Assembly: GCF_001194135.2 (NCBI RefSeq)
Contig: NC_068989.1
Span: 80,880,849 to 80,944,848 of the forward strand
DNA length: 64,000 nt
Source of the DNA: Octopus bimaculoides
Lineage: Eukaryota
Reading direction: 5' to 3'
In this document: piece after piece, positions 21,293 to 34,737 of the stretch
Layout of the letters: the number at the start of each line of letters is the position of its first letter
Position numbering within the stretch: the first letter of the stretch is position 1
The notes under the pieces: model-generated
Seen by the model: only the letters and a program-made list of their open reading frames with translations
The model's database searches: none
Told to the model about the DNA's origin: nothing
Position numbers and translations under genes: made by a program

Positions 21293-24200
21293 CTACAGCA
21301 ATGACAATATCTCATGAGATGAACAAGAAGCATAGAGTGTAGTTAACCAGTTTCAGACAGAAGTCTTCAATCGGTGTTGTTGTAGTTGCTGGTGTTCAGC
21401 TTTACATATGCCTTGACAAAGTAAATTTATTATCTGAGGCATTCCATTCACAAGTGTCTAACATCTCCTTTCCTTATTTAAAACCTTTTCAATACCAATC
21501 TGCCTCAGACTACCCCTTGTCCCATGAATACCTGTTTTTAAATTATCTAAATTAAAAGCATCCATTAAAAGTTCAAGTTTATTTATGTTCAAATACCAGC
21601 TTAATAATGACGAAGTTATTTCACTAAATTCTTCATTATTTTAAAAAATAAACTGAAACAAAGGCAAAGCATTTCAACAAAAATATGGTTGGTTATCTGG
21701 TTTCCATGGCATACAAGTGACCGAGGGTTTCAAGGGAGAGGACAAGTCAAATTCATCAATCCCACACTTGAGTGGTACTTTGTTTAATTGACCACCCAAA
21801 GGGATGAAAGTAAAAGTTGACCTCGGTGAGATTTGAACTCAGAATGTAAAGAGGTGGAAGAAATGCCACTAAGCATTCAATGTGTTAAACAACTCTGCCA
21901 GTTCACCACTTTTAAAAATGTTTGGTCTTCTTCAAATCGGCATAAAAAATGCATATGTCTATTGGATTGGCAAAATAGCTAGGGTGTGGGACAAAATGCC
22001 TTGTGGTAGACTCCAGCCATGCCGGAGCACCATCTTCAAGAATTTTAGTCAAATGAATCAGTCCCGGTACTTATCTTTTAAGCCTGATACCTATTCTATC
22101 AGTATCCTTTATAGAACCACTAAGTTACAGGAGTATAAACACATTAATACCAGTCATCAAGAAGTGGGACACACACACACACACAATCGGCTCCTTTCTG
22201 TTTCTAATTCACTCACCCAGGGTACCATGCAGTGGGAGTGAACCTGGAACCATGTGGTTGATGAGCAAATGTCTTACCACAAAGCCATGCCAGCACCTCT
22301 AAATACATTGCAAGTGAAGTCTCTTCCCCTGACAGCATTGATGTGACCCCAAATCCTCTGATGGAGAGGAATATATGAGACAGACTTAACTTTTCATTAA
22401 TCTGAAGTTTAATTAAACCAACAGCTTACTACAATGGGTGTTGAGTAAATGAACTGTAAGCCACCACCTCCCCCTTACAAATAATAGTGTTGTACTCCAC
22501 ACTGGAAAGCTATGTCAATCAATATAACCCATATTGCAATAACAGTTCAGACTGATAGCAAAATAAATATCTATAAGCAAAATAATAATAATAGTAATAA
22601 TAATAATAAAACAAAATATTTAAGACAACAACAACGGCAAATATAATGCTTGTTAGTCATAGTCCAATCTCTGCCCCTCCCCTCTTTCTTCTTGCTTTCC
22701 TTCTGTTAAGCATTTGGTTACTTTGTGCTAACTCTACTAAATCAAACAAGAGAATCAGTTGTTTAACAATGGTGATGATGATGATGATGGATGTGGTGGT
22801 GGTAATGATGATGATGTATGCCAAAATATTTGATTACGTAAATAATCATCATTATCATTATAGTCATGGCCACCATCACAATTTGTCATTGTCACTACCA
22901 TCATCATCATCATTAACACCACCATCACCAACATCATCATCATCCTCTTCTTCCTCCTCATCATCATCATTTTGCCAGTAGTCAAGTAAGAATCTGCAAG
23001 TACAAACTTCGTGTGCTTCTTGAAATATCTTAGAAAGAAAAGCAAACAATTTTAAAACTATGTTTACGTCACAGGAAGACAATTTTACTTTATACTACTG
23101 AGGGCAATGAGAGAGGAAGGAAGAAATGAAGAGAGAGAGAGAGAGAGGCAGACACACAGACAGAGAACTTCCTTTTTCTCTATTTTTAACCACTATTCAC
23201 ATCCAAAAACTTAAGATATTTACAGAAATATTTACAATACCAAAAACCTCCTCGTCTTGGTTGATATCATTTCCATTAGTTTGAGTTTCACATAAATAAA
23301 CATAATCAATCCTTAGTTCTTGGTCTTTACTCTTTCTCTCCTCTCTCTCTCTCTTTATCCACCTTCTTGCATATTTAGGATAAGCCCTGACACTTCAGTT
23401 CACCCATCCCTTCTCCCTTTCCTGCTGTGGTAGCTATGTATCTCCTCTATAGCAAGACACCTGTTCCTGACCCTCAAAATTTTGTCCTCTCAATACTTGG
23501 CACAAAGCCACCTCACTCAATATGTATCCCCTCTCTGTTTAAAAGAGTTGTCTTGCAAGTTACTTGGTACCACGAAAAATAACCATCCAGTATACTCTGT
23601 AAAGTGGTTGTCCTTAGGAAGGGAATACTACCATGGAAACTTTGTCAAAGCAAACACTGAAATCCAACACATCCCTCTGGCTTGTTGGATCTTGGTGAAC
23701 CACACCAGCATGGAAGACAGACATAAAATAATGATGACAATGTACAGTCTTCTTAATAATAATAATAATAATAATAATTGATTCTGGTTCTATTGGCCAC
23801 AAGGGCTAATATAAATTAAACACATGTAAGGACAAAGACAGGACGAAGGTTACAAAGGGTTTTGTCCGAAAAGAAAACGTTCATGTAAACAATGGAAAAA
23901 CAGAGAAAGGTTTTTTTTTTTTTTTGCCCAAAGTGTTGTGAAGCAATATTGATTTTGAAACTACAGAGTTTCTTCTTAACTAACCACACCCACACATGTA
24001 CAGCTGATTGTCTTTTCTTTGCACAGTAGTAAAAAGTCAGATTCCAAGGGTTTTCATTCAAAGACCAGACTGGTCTGGCATCAATACGGGGACTCAGATA
24101 TACAAACACATACATTCATATATACACGTTTCATAGGTAGTTTGTCAGCTTTTACTTTAGTTGCTATTCTTCTTACAGCCAGTTTAGAACACACACACAC

Positions 24201-25379
24201 ACACACACATTCGAGGAGGAGAAGAGGAGGACTAAAAACTGCTGCTGCTGCTGAACTCAATGAAGAAGACCTCTGCAAATAATCCAAACTTCATGTGTCT
24301 GTCTGTGTGTCACAACCAACAATCAGACATAGCTCTGACAGCATGTTCTTACTTACTTAAGTATTTACTACTACTACTGTTACTACTACAAATTCTTGTA
24401 ACTACGTAATTAAATTCATTATGGAGAGAAGGAAGTAGCCTAACTGAGACTACTCAGAAAAGGACTGAAAGTGAAATTAAGTCATAGGAATATAGACCAA
24501 GTGTTTGCCGGTTCAAACCTTACTCCTGGAACTAGTACCACCTTGGATAGCAATTATTGCCTTACGTTACTCAATATTTTGTGCATGGAATTTGGTAGGT
24601 GTGCAGTCACATACACACACACACACATATATATATATGACAGGCTTCTTACTGCTATGACCGTCCCAGGTTTAACCCTGGGTACAGTGCACCCTGGGCC
24701 AATATGTCATACTTTTCTAATTCAGCAGGTTATGTAATTTGAGGAAGAATTAGCTGCTATTTCTAACAGTTCAAGTGTCTACAAAGGGGATCTCTCATTT
24801 ACTACATTTCCATTTTGTTAAGACAACAGGGTGCTCAAATTGACAAAACACCAACTCAAGTATAATTTATCAACTTGGGTTTGGTAAGATAATATACTAA
24901 GAGGAAAACAATAAAATCTTTCATCAGAGAAGCAAAGTACTGCATAGTAGTAATTCCATCAACAAACCAAGCGATCCACTAACTACTTGATCTAGTCAAC
25001 CTGCAGCTATTATACATACCCGAAATCTATGAAGCATGTTAATTATCTATCTAAGAAGCATGTGTCTTCTTTTTATAGAAGCAACAATCACTCGAATAAC
25101 AGCAGAGTATCAATGCAACTGAGTTTGTTGGTTCATTTTACATCTATTTTTTACCAAACAAGTACGGGTTACACAAATATCTATTGTCGAGGCATTGTTT
25201 ACAGCTAGATGCCTTTCCTGTCATTAACCCTTAACCTGTTTTTCAAGTGAGGAGAATTTTCATTCCTCCTGTTTTTGTTAAGCACAGAATTATCAATTTT
25301 TTATACAAGCTTAGAATGTAACTTTTCACACAGACACACATCATCAGATATAGGTTTCCAATGTTAGTATGGGTAGACT

Positions 25380-25759
25380 GGAGGCACAATGGCCCTGTGG
25401 TTAGGAGCAGCGGAGTCGCGGTCATAAGATCGCGGTTTCGATTCCCAGACCGAGCGTTGTGAGTGTTTATTGAGCGAAAACACCTAAAGCTCCACGAGGC
25501 TCCGGCAGGGGATGGTAGCGAACCCTGCTGTACTCTTCCACCACAACTTTTTCTCACTCTTACTTCTTGTTTCTGTTGTGCCTGTAATTCAAAGGGTCAG
25601 CCTTGTCACACTGTGTCACGCTGAATATTCCCGAGAACTACATTAAGGGTACACGTGTCTGTGGAGTGCTCAGCCACTTGCACGTTAATTTCACGAGAAG
25701 GCTGTTCCGTTGATGGGATCAACTGGAACCCTCGACATCGTAAGCGATGGAGTGCCAAC
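25380..25759 (+). mobile_element. SINE family A, full length with perfect TSD
   Basis: TSD ATGGGTAGACT at 25369-25379 and 25760-25770. Confidence 0.92.
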
Positions 25760-25988
25760 ATGGGTAGACTGGTTAGACAGGGCCCAACAAGCTGGAGGAC
25801 CACATTTTGCTCCAAAGTGTCATGTTTGGCATGGTTTTTGTTTTTTTATAGCTGGATATCCTTTCTGATACCAACCACTTTACAGAGTATACTGATTGTA
25901 TTTTTTCCGTGGATCTAGGCCTTGTGATCAGCAAAATTAAAGAGCCTTCTCAAGCCATGCCATGCCAGATCAATTACCAGTCACTTAC

Positions 25989-26034
25989 AAAAGGTACTTG
26001 GTGCTTTTTGTGACACCAGCATTGTTGGGGTTGC
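25989..26034 (-). CDS. Candidate 46-nt internal exon
   Basis: Acceptor ttttttgctttgcaaacttcaag| and donor TTT|GTAAGT. All three frames are open. The phase 0-to-1 reading (ATPTMLVSQKAPSTF) would join 31212-31421 to 21189-21292. Confidence 0.2.
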
Positions 26035-28692
26035 CTTGAAGTTTGCAAAGCAAAAAAAGATCCACAATGACAGAAGGAACAAATTTATTGTTAGAGGATG
26101 ATAATGGGGAGAATAATAGTGGGAACATTGTTGGGGTAGGAGTAAAGAAGAGGGAGGTGATACGAAAGGGGAAGAGCAATGTCATGGGTAAGTGTGAAGG
26201 AGGAGGGAATGGATAAGCCTTCTTTCAGTTTCCACCAACCAAATTCACTCATAAGACATTGGTCAGCGTACGGCTTTAGCAGAAGACACTTGCTTAAAGT
26301 GCTGTGCAGTGGCATTGAACCTGAAACCACATAATTGCAAAACAAATAGCCTAATCACATAGCTATGTCTACACCTGAGCATTCAGAATTATTCTCAATA
26401 GCATGCTAGTTAACAAACATCTAAGAAAATGTATAAGGCAGCTAACAACAGATATATAGTCAAATGCACTGCTATTTCAGACAGTTATGTGACTTTGGTT
26501 TGTCAAAAGAATTTTAAACAAAAATCAGTTCTTAATTAAACATAATCCATCATTTTACCATTTACTTTCCATGCTTGCATATAAGTCAGACAAAATTCAT
26601 TGATGCATATTTTCTATGGCCAGATACTCTCTATGTCACCAACCCTCATTTGTTTCCTCTAGACCTTTGAAAATGAACAGTTCATTGATGGGACATGTCT
26701 ACAAACAACACTCAAGCACAAATACACACACACACATGCACATGTATATATCAAATACATACATAGACATATATACACATTCATACAAACACATTTACAA
26801 GAAGCCTTCTTACAGTTTCCACCTACCAAATTCAAATACAAAGCACTGGTTTGCCTAGGGTTATAGAAGACACTTGCCCAAAGTACCTCACGGTGGAACT
26901 GAACCTGAAACTATGCAGTTGTGAAGCAAACCTCTTAACCATCCAACCATGCCAGTTCCTATCAGTTTTCAATGATGTAGGATACAATATTAATTTTTTT
27001 TCCTCTAGAAAAGTTATAATCAGAAATAACAACTCCATAAATCAATTTTTAATTTTATCTAAGTTCGTTAATAAAAGTACATATACATTATCTATTTCTA
27101 ACAATCAATCAATATTATATTCGTTATCGTAGATTACGAGTAACACATTTAATCTGACACATGGCTGAGTGATTAGGAAGTCTGCTTTCGAACAGCATGG
27201 TGCTGGGTTCAATCCTACTGTACAACACTTTGAGCAAATGTCTTCTATTATAGTCCCAAACTGACAAATGCTTTGTGAGTGACTTTGGTAGAAACTGTAC
27301 AAAGCCTACTGTGTGTGTGGGTGTGAGAGAGTATTAAAATTCTGTGCATTTCTGTAAAATCCCTGGACAGTAGGCAGTGGTGTTTGTCGACATTTCCCTG
27401 TCAACCAATCACCCAGTGGCTGTGTGCCTTCAAAGACAAGCAGAACAAGTTCTCCCTTATTTGAAGTACAGGTAAGGGTTAGTGACAAGAAGGGAATCTA
27501 TCTATAAAAAAAAAATGCCTCGATAATATGTATTTGTGTGACCCATGCCAGCATGGAACAACAGATATGAAACAAAACCAGCTCTAACTGCTATCACTTG
27601 TCCACTCTGTTACAAGCATTCAAAGGACCAAATCCCTCATTAGAGAATACCTTGGTATTTTGATGTGTCACTTCCTAGTGTTTGTTTTGTTCTAAAAAAA
27701 ACTACATACAGTTTGGCTATCTAATTATTTCTAATTATGCAACAAGAAGTCTGGTGCAGGCTTTGGCCTAGCTTGCTCTTATGAAACCATCCCACCAATG
27801 CTAGCATGGAAGGCAGACGTTAAACAATGACGATGATAAGACAACATTAGTTTAATGATTGCTAACATTTTAATCAGTTTTGCATGCAAAAGGCACTCAA
27901 GTAATGTTCCAGTCTTGTTAGACCTCTTCCGCACAATAGTAAAGCTCACTGTACATGTCAAAGGAGTGATGAGAGAATTACTAAGTAGATATGCCATGAA
28001 TAAGCAACAAAGATTAGCATGTTTAATTGCAATTATTTGTTTCATAATAAAGATTTGGAAAATTTTAATAAAAACAAAAGTAAGCATAACTAAGTGTTTA
28101 CATTTGTTTTCTTAATGTACAGGGTGCTAGCCTAAGATTTGAACTCACAAACTTTTATCCCACACGGGATTTCCATGAGCAAAGTTCTCAAAAATAGCTT
28201 TCTGTGATGAGTAACATAATAACCTAGTCTTGATTACACTGAAATATAGTCATTACACAGATGAAATAACATCCAATGAGTAAGTCAAAGAGGCAGCTTC
28301 TATGTGATTGCTCAACATACTAGAAATAGCAGTTGAATCAAATTCAAATTATCTTTTAAAACAAAAGAAATACATTGGATAATGTGACCCTAGGTTCTCA
28401 ACACAAAGGAAAAGAACAGGATGAACATGTTTGGAATATCTTTGATCATAGGTCCGCTCAACCCAACAGTGCAACATTTAGGGAAAAATATCTTCTCCCT
28501 TGGGTCAGCTAATGCCTTGTGACTGAATTTGGTGAACAGAAACTGTGTAGAAGCCCATGACGTGTGTGTGTCCCCCACTCAACTCACTGTTTATGTCCTT
28601 GTATGTAAATGGTTTGGTAAAAAAGACCAACAGAATTAAATAAGTACCAGACTTTAAAATCTAAGTAATGGAGTCGATCCGTTTAACTAAAC

Positions 28693-29219
28693 CAGGGGTG
28701 GGGAAACTCCCGCCCATGGGCGCAATTGCGCCCAGGAACCCATTTTATTGCACCCGCAGGCTGCTAAACTCATATGTACAAAATATAGTTAATTTTTCAA
28801 TTACAAAATTTACACAATGCTCTCATTCCCATTTGCGACATAGGACGCGTTTAGACTACAACTTAAAATGGTTAGACTCGACCAGAAATCGTCCGGCAAA
28901 TTGTCATTTGACTGAAAATTTTGTCATCACTATAAAATACGTATTGCTATGTTTGTACCGCTCCCTTGAGACCCAACTACACTAGCTGAAAAATATAGTA
29001 TTAATCATAAGTAATATAAACGTCCTAAATTCAGTGGTGGCGTTAATGATGTTACATGTTAATTTAATGAGTTAAACTCACTTTTATTAATGTATATAGA
29101 ATTATACATAGATATATACAAGATTTACACAGATTATGAGTGTTAGAACTTGTGATCGCCTGTGGACCTTTCTCTTTGGAAATTTTTTCCCGCCGCACTA
29201 AAAAGTTTCTCCACCCCTG
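28693..29219. mobile_element. hAT non-autonomous element, 527 bp
   Basis: TIR CAGGGGTGGGGAAACT / AGTTTCTCCACCCCTG; TSD AACTAAAC / AACTAAGC; splits the tail of a family C SINE. Confidence 0.88.
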
Positions 29220-29326
29220 AACTAAGCCCTTCAAGGTGATACCCTAGCATAGTCGCAGTCCAAAGGCTGAAACAAGTAAAGCATAAAAGAATATATATCT
29301 GTATCTATATATGCACACACAATAGC

Positions 29327-29633
29327 TCTGTTGGTTACAACGATGAGTGCCTGTTGATCCGATCAACAGAACAGCCTGCTTGTGAAATTAACGTGCATGT
29401 GGCTGAGAACTTCACAGACATGTGTACCCTTAATGTTGTTCTCAGAGAGATTCAGCGTGATACAGGGTGTGAGAAAGCTGACCATTTGAAATACAGGTAC
29501 CACTCATTTTTGCCAGCTGAGTGGACTGGAGCAACACGAGTCTTGCTCAAGGACACAATGCATCACCAGAAATTGAACTCATGAGCTTACGATCATGAGC
29601 TGAATTCTCTAACCACTGAGCCCTGTGTCTTCA
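29327..29633 (-). mobile_element. SINE family B
   Basis: Same head, centre and tail. Confidence 0.75.
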
Positions 29634-30430
29634 TAATCATCATCATCATCATCGTCGTTTAATGTCTGCTTTCCATGCTGGCATGGGTTGGATGGTCTGA
29701 CTGAGGACTGGCAAGCCAGGAAGCTGCACCAGGCTCCAATCTGTTCTAGCAAGGTTTCTACAGCTGGATGCCCTTCCTAACGCCAACCACTCCTAGAGCG
29801 TAGTGGATGCTTTTTTACATGCCACTGGCACGGGGGCCAGTCAGGCGGCACTGGCATCGACCACGCTCAAATGGTGCTTTTTATGTGCCACCAGCCTTCA
29901 CTAATATATATTTATATAACCATTCCAAGTCAGACAGTGGAGCTTAGTGCAGTCCTCTGGCTTGCCAGCTCCTGTCAAAAAATCCAACCAAGCCAACATG
30001 AAAGACAGATGTTAAATGATGATGATGATGATGATATATGCTATTTTAGTCCACATTAGAAAACTTAGTATCTCTATGCTATCCACCCCCACCGCTATAT
30101 TCTAAGAAGCTACACCATCTGATAACTATAACTCTTAGCTACCTTTCATAGGCCATGTAATCTGAATTACAATATCTACTCAAGCTGCCATCTTAAATAT
30201 CCCATGTTTGCTTCATTGCTGCCCTTGTAATGTGCCTGCCTCTGTCTGTCTGTCTGTGTGTCTCTCTCTCTCTCTCCTTCACTCTATCACACTGTCTGCT
30301 ATATAAAGCGAACATGACAGGCAGTAATATGTAGAACACAGTCAAAATATGTGTCAAATGGAATTTATTTGGCTTTGTTTTATTGCTCATACAATAATCA
30401 ATTTTATGCGTGTGTGTGTGTGTGTATGTG

Positions 30431-30464
<34 letters not shown>

Positions 30465-31211
30465 TATATATATAAATATATATATATGTATATTATAATT
30501 GATTATTTTATATATGAAGCTTTTACAAGAGAGGTGAAAGTGACTTCAAAGTTTCAGCATGCTAACTTCTGTCAGACAGTTGAACGAAGTCTAGCAGACT
30601 GAAAGTGTCACCCTCTTCTTGTAAAAAAGTTTAATAAACATGTACTCTGCTAAAATGTATTGAGTAATTCTACAGCTTTAATGTTAAACTTTTTTATATA
30701 CATACAAGCATGCACACACCACCACCACCACCACCACCACCCTCAGTCCAATGTTTATATCCCCCCCTCTCTCTCCTTAACTCTGCAATGTTGTTGCAAC
30801 TACACTAGCATACATGTCACACTCGCACAGATAAATACCAAAGGCATACGTGTACACACACTCACACACCACATCAAAATGTGCATGCATGTATATTCTT
30901 CCAGGTAAACATGCATAGACTCATATGCTTATATACAAATACAAGAATGTACATACTTATGCGCATGCACAGAATACATGCATCCCAAAACACATTCGTG
31001 CATGCACATATATATACAATAGGTGCTAACACACACATATACAGAAGGCACTGATATGCGCACGCACGCACATATTCACACACACACACACACACACACA
31101 AGTAAACATAAGGTACAAATAGGCACATGCACACGCACACACACACTTATACAACCAAAAACACTCACATCCACACTCATACATCTGGTACACACACACA
31201 CACACACACAC

Positions 31212-31421
31212 CAGCCTTGCTTTTCTCGGCTTCCAATTCCTTTCAAAAGCCCGCCAGGCACCAGCTTCCTCTCCAGCCATGTGGTTCCAAGAAATTCTCC
31301 TTTTTAATGCATCTGGTGGTGCTGAAATACTGGCCTCCACTTCTAACAATACTCTGTGATTCGTCTTGACTAATAGCAACCCATTTCTAGTAGCTATCTT
31401 GGACTTCCTGTACTTCGCCAT
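31212..31421 (-). CDS. Candidate coding exon, 70 aa (MAKYRKSK...RNWKPRKARL)
   Basis: GC-richer unique island. The ORF runs from ATG to a phase-0 donor CTG|GTGTGT at the edge of a (GT)n tract. The acceptor is weak (gctcag| at 31430). A decayed retroelement fragment is not excluded. Confidence 0.35.
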
Positions 31422-31506
31422 TTGTTAATCTGAGCCTAAATGAGCTAGGTTCCTCCAAGAAGCTTGTGAAACTTTAAGTTGTAAGGAGCTAATTCAAACT
31501 GTATTA

Positions 31507-31537
<31 letters not shown>

Positions 31538-31796
31538 CTTTCTACTATAGGCACAAGGCCTGAAATTTGGGAGGAGTGGGCTAGTCGATTTCATTGACTA
31601 CAATGTGTAACTGGTACTTACTTAACCGCCCTCGAAAGGATGAAAGGTAAAGTCGACCCTGGCGACATTTGAACTCAGAACATACAGACGGACAAAATGC
31701 CACTAAGCATTTTGCCTGGCATGCTAATGATTCTGCCAGCTCACCACTTTAATAATAATAATAATACTCATAATAATAATAACAACAATAATAATA

Positions 31797-31973
31797 GGCG
31801 CAGCAGTGGCTGTGTGGTAAGTAGCTTGCTTACCAACCACATGGTTCCTGGTTCAGTCTCACTGCGTTGCACCTTGGGCAAGTGTCTTCTACTATAGCCT
31901 TGAGCTGACCAAAGCCTTGTGAGTGGATTTGGTAGACGGAAACTGAAAGAAGCCCGTCGTATATATGTATATA

Positions 31974-32022
<49 letters not shown>

Positions 32023-32228
32023 GCGTCTGTGTTTGTCCCCCCCACCATCGCTTGACAACCGATACTGGTGTGTTTACGTCCCCGTAACTTAGCGGTTTGG
32101 TAAAAAGAGACCGATAGAATAAGTACTAGGCTTACAAAGAATAAGTCCTGGGGTCGATTTGCTCGACTAAAGGCAGTGCTCCAGCATGGCCACAGTCAAA
32201 TGACAAACAAGTAAAAGAGTAAAAAGAG
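31797..32228 (+). mobile_element. CORE-type SINE family C, full length, young
   Basis: Close to the 37450 and 48896 copies; internal (TA)n. Confidence 0.9.
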
Positions 32229-32236
32229 AATAATTT

Positions 32237-32460
32237 GCACTGTTGGGGACAGTGAGGAAATCAGAAAACTGCTCTATTGGGGACAGCGAGGAACTTGGAA
32301 AAACTGTCTTATTGGAGGCAGTGAGAATTTTGAGATTGGTACTTGGGTGCTAAGTATCATGGTAAAAGACCCTGTGAGACCTATGACAGCAGGTTGTTGT
32401 CTACTCTTACAGAATTAACTGGAGTAAATAACATCGAAAGCTCCGAGAAGTAAAATGGAA
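32237..32460 (+). mobile_element. 3' remnant of an R4/Dong-like (RLE-type) non-LTR retrotransposon
   Basis: Translates ALLGTVRK / QKTALLGTARNL / KTVLLEAVRILRLVLGC*, matching the QKxxLLGTARILRxVL C-terminal motif of R4-clade ORFs. The 3'UTR is shared with 3840-3950. Confidence 0.65.
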
Positions 32461-33677
32461 CAGACACACACACATATATATTCATACATATATGCACAGA
32501 GAAAGAGAAAGATTATTTGTTTACATAACGAGTTATATAATAAGGGATAATTATGACTGGTGATGGTAGTGGTGGTGGAGGGCTCAGTATAAATAAGCGT
32601 TCCCCTCCCTTCAAATTTCTGACCATGTGACTGAGAGATCAGCAATACTGTTGTTATTGTTGTTGTTTATTGTTAGTATTAGTAGTATGGCATCATCGAA
32701 AACTTTTAGCTTTGGTCTTCATTCACGTCATATTCCTCTTGATAACGTTCGTTAATTACCTCCATCCTTTCCTTTAATTGCAAGTTAAAGAGGTCAAAAA
32801 ATAGCTTTTGTTTTTGCCCTTTTTTCTGATAAAAAACAAACAAAAAACATAAAAATTTCAAGCACAAGATGGGGGTGGGGATTAGGGGGTTAGTTGCAAT
32901 GACCAATTATAGTGGTAAAGAGGAACATACAAATAATTATATATAGATTTTAAATTTTTAATAATTTCAATAGTAACGATGTTAGGTCAAGTTGATGCTA
33001 TTGTTTTCATACTTTCAGTCACTGTGGCCATGCTGGAGTAGTCAATTATATCAATCCAGTAATTATTTTTATTGTTGGCAATTATTTTCAACATCCGAAA
33101 GACAGAAATGTAGATGGACACAGATGAGATTTTATCACAGAACATGAATATAAGGCACAGACGTGGTTGTGTGGTAAGAAGTTTGCTTCCCAACTACATG
33201 GTTCCAGGCTCAGTCCCACTGCATGGCACCTTGGGCAAGAGTCTTCTACTATAGCCTCGGGCAGAACAAAGCCTTGCAAGTGGATTTGGTAAATAAAAAC
33301 TGAAAGAAGCCCATCGTGTGTGTGTGTCCATCTTGCGCTCTACTGCATGACAACTGGTGTTGGTGCGTTTATGTTCCCATAACTTAGCGGTTCAGCTAAA
33401 GAGATCAATAGAATAAGTATCAAGCTTAAAAAAAACTGTAAAAATAACAAAATAATGGGTTCGTCAGGTTAAGTATTATTTGTGAAAGACAGTTACTTTG
33501 AATTTGCTTCAGAAAGAGGTGTATGTCTCTGATAGTTAATTGGGGTGGGGGCACTAGGAATGTGGCTAGGTGTCAAGGGGGCAGCAGCCCAAAAAAGTTT
33601 GGGAACCACTGTGTTAAAGAGTTACACTAGCATTTCCCAACCAATTTTCATGACAGCAATGCCAAATCACATATGTA

Positions 33678-33797
33678 CAGGGTGTCCACAAAGTTTGGTA
33701 CATGGAGTAAATAAAATCATAACAAACAGTTAAATGTAAGAAATAATGATTTCTTAATGTGTTAATCCCCATGTACCCAGACTTTGTGGACACCCTG
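33678..33797. mobile_element. Tc1/mariner MITE, 120 bp
   Basis: 28/29-bp TIR CAGGGTGTCCACAAAGT(T/C)TGG(G)TACATGG; TA on both sides. Confidence 0.88.
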
Positions 33798-34679
33798 TAC
33801 AATGACACAACTAGTTTATTTTCATTCATAAGGTTTTTTTCTTTTTCTAACAGTATTGTTTTCATTGTATCAAATTTTCCAAGCCTGTCTTTTTACCTTT
33901 TATTTGTTTCGGGTATCAGACCACAGCTATGCTGAGTAACAAGCTTTGAAGGGTACCCAGATGTAGAAAATCTACCTCAACGAATTCTGTCTGGCCCATG
34001 CTAGCATGGGAAAGTTCACTTCAACATAAAACATACAGCTTGTTATATATATATAAGAAATAGATACAGACACATTTTCATATTGCAGGCAGTGTAGCAT
34101 ACATTCTGTCAGAACTTGTGTTAGTTAATTAACAAACATAAATATTTACTTTGGAACAAAATCAAAATAGATGTCAAATAGAATAATTTTTGTGTTATTT
34201 CATTATTTGTTTACATAACAAGGAGAATAATAATAATGATTTGAGATTAACATTGTCCCTGTTATTAGTGTAGCCACATTGCTGGAGACTAAATTTGGGA
34301 TTTGTCAATTTAATTCACTTGTATATGCTGGAGTACTTTGACAGACAAAGTGTGATTGGAAAAAAAAGAAAAAAAGAAAAGAAAAGAAAAGAAAAGAAAA
34401 AAAAACAACTGTGTCAGGAAGATGTCTCTAAAAATAATATTCTAAGCTTTATATAAATTAATGGTTTCTGACTCAAATACAAGGTCACAAATTTGTAAGG
34501 AAGAAGTGATTAGCATAACTCCAATATTTGACAACGGAAGGATTTGAATTCAAATGTATACATAACAGAAGCAGTATTAGATTAAAATAGTCATCTATGT
34601 ATCATACTTAATGTAAATACCATCACAGAAAGGCAAGTTACTACAGTATTTATCCAGAAATAACATTTTGTGCACGTGT

Positions 34680-34685
34680 TTGTCT

Positions 34686-34735
<50 letters not shown>
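34680..34735. repeat. (TG)n microsatellite, one of many (TG)n, (TA)n, (TAA)n, (CAT)n tracts
   Basis: Direct reading. Confidence 0.95.

Positions 34736-34737
<2 letters not shown>

Noticed and set aside
25380-25450. tRNA-Arg-like sequence with A and B boxes
   Set aside because: It is the head of SINE family A: it continues into the SINE body, has a TSD and lacks a proper acceptor stem.
31300-31400. VKTNHRVLL...SAPP resembling Ty3/gypsy RNase H (TDHKPL...SAPPRLQR)
   Set aside because: The catalytic-region Asp is absent and downstream spacing does not fit; kept only as an alternative reading of the exon candidate.
32706-32771. ERMEVINERYQEEYDVNEDQS* as a terminal exon
   Set aside because: Only 21 codons, weak AAG acceptor, and no partner exon or UTR support.
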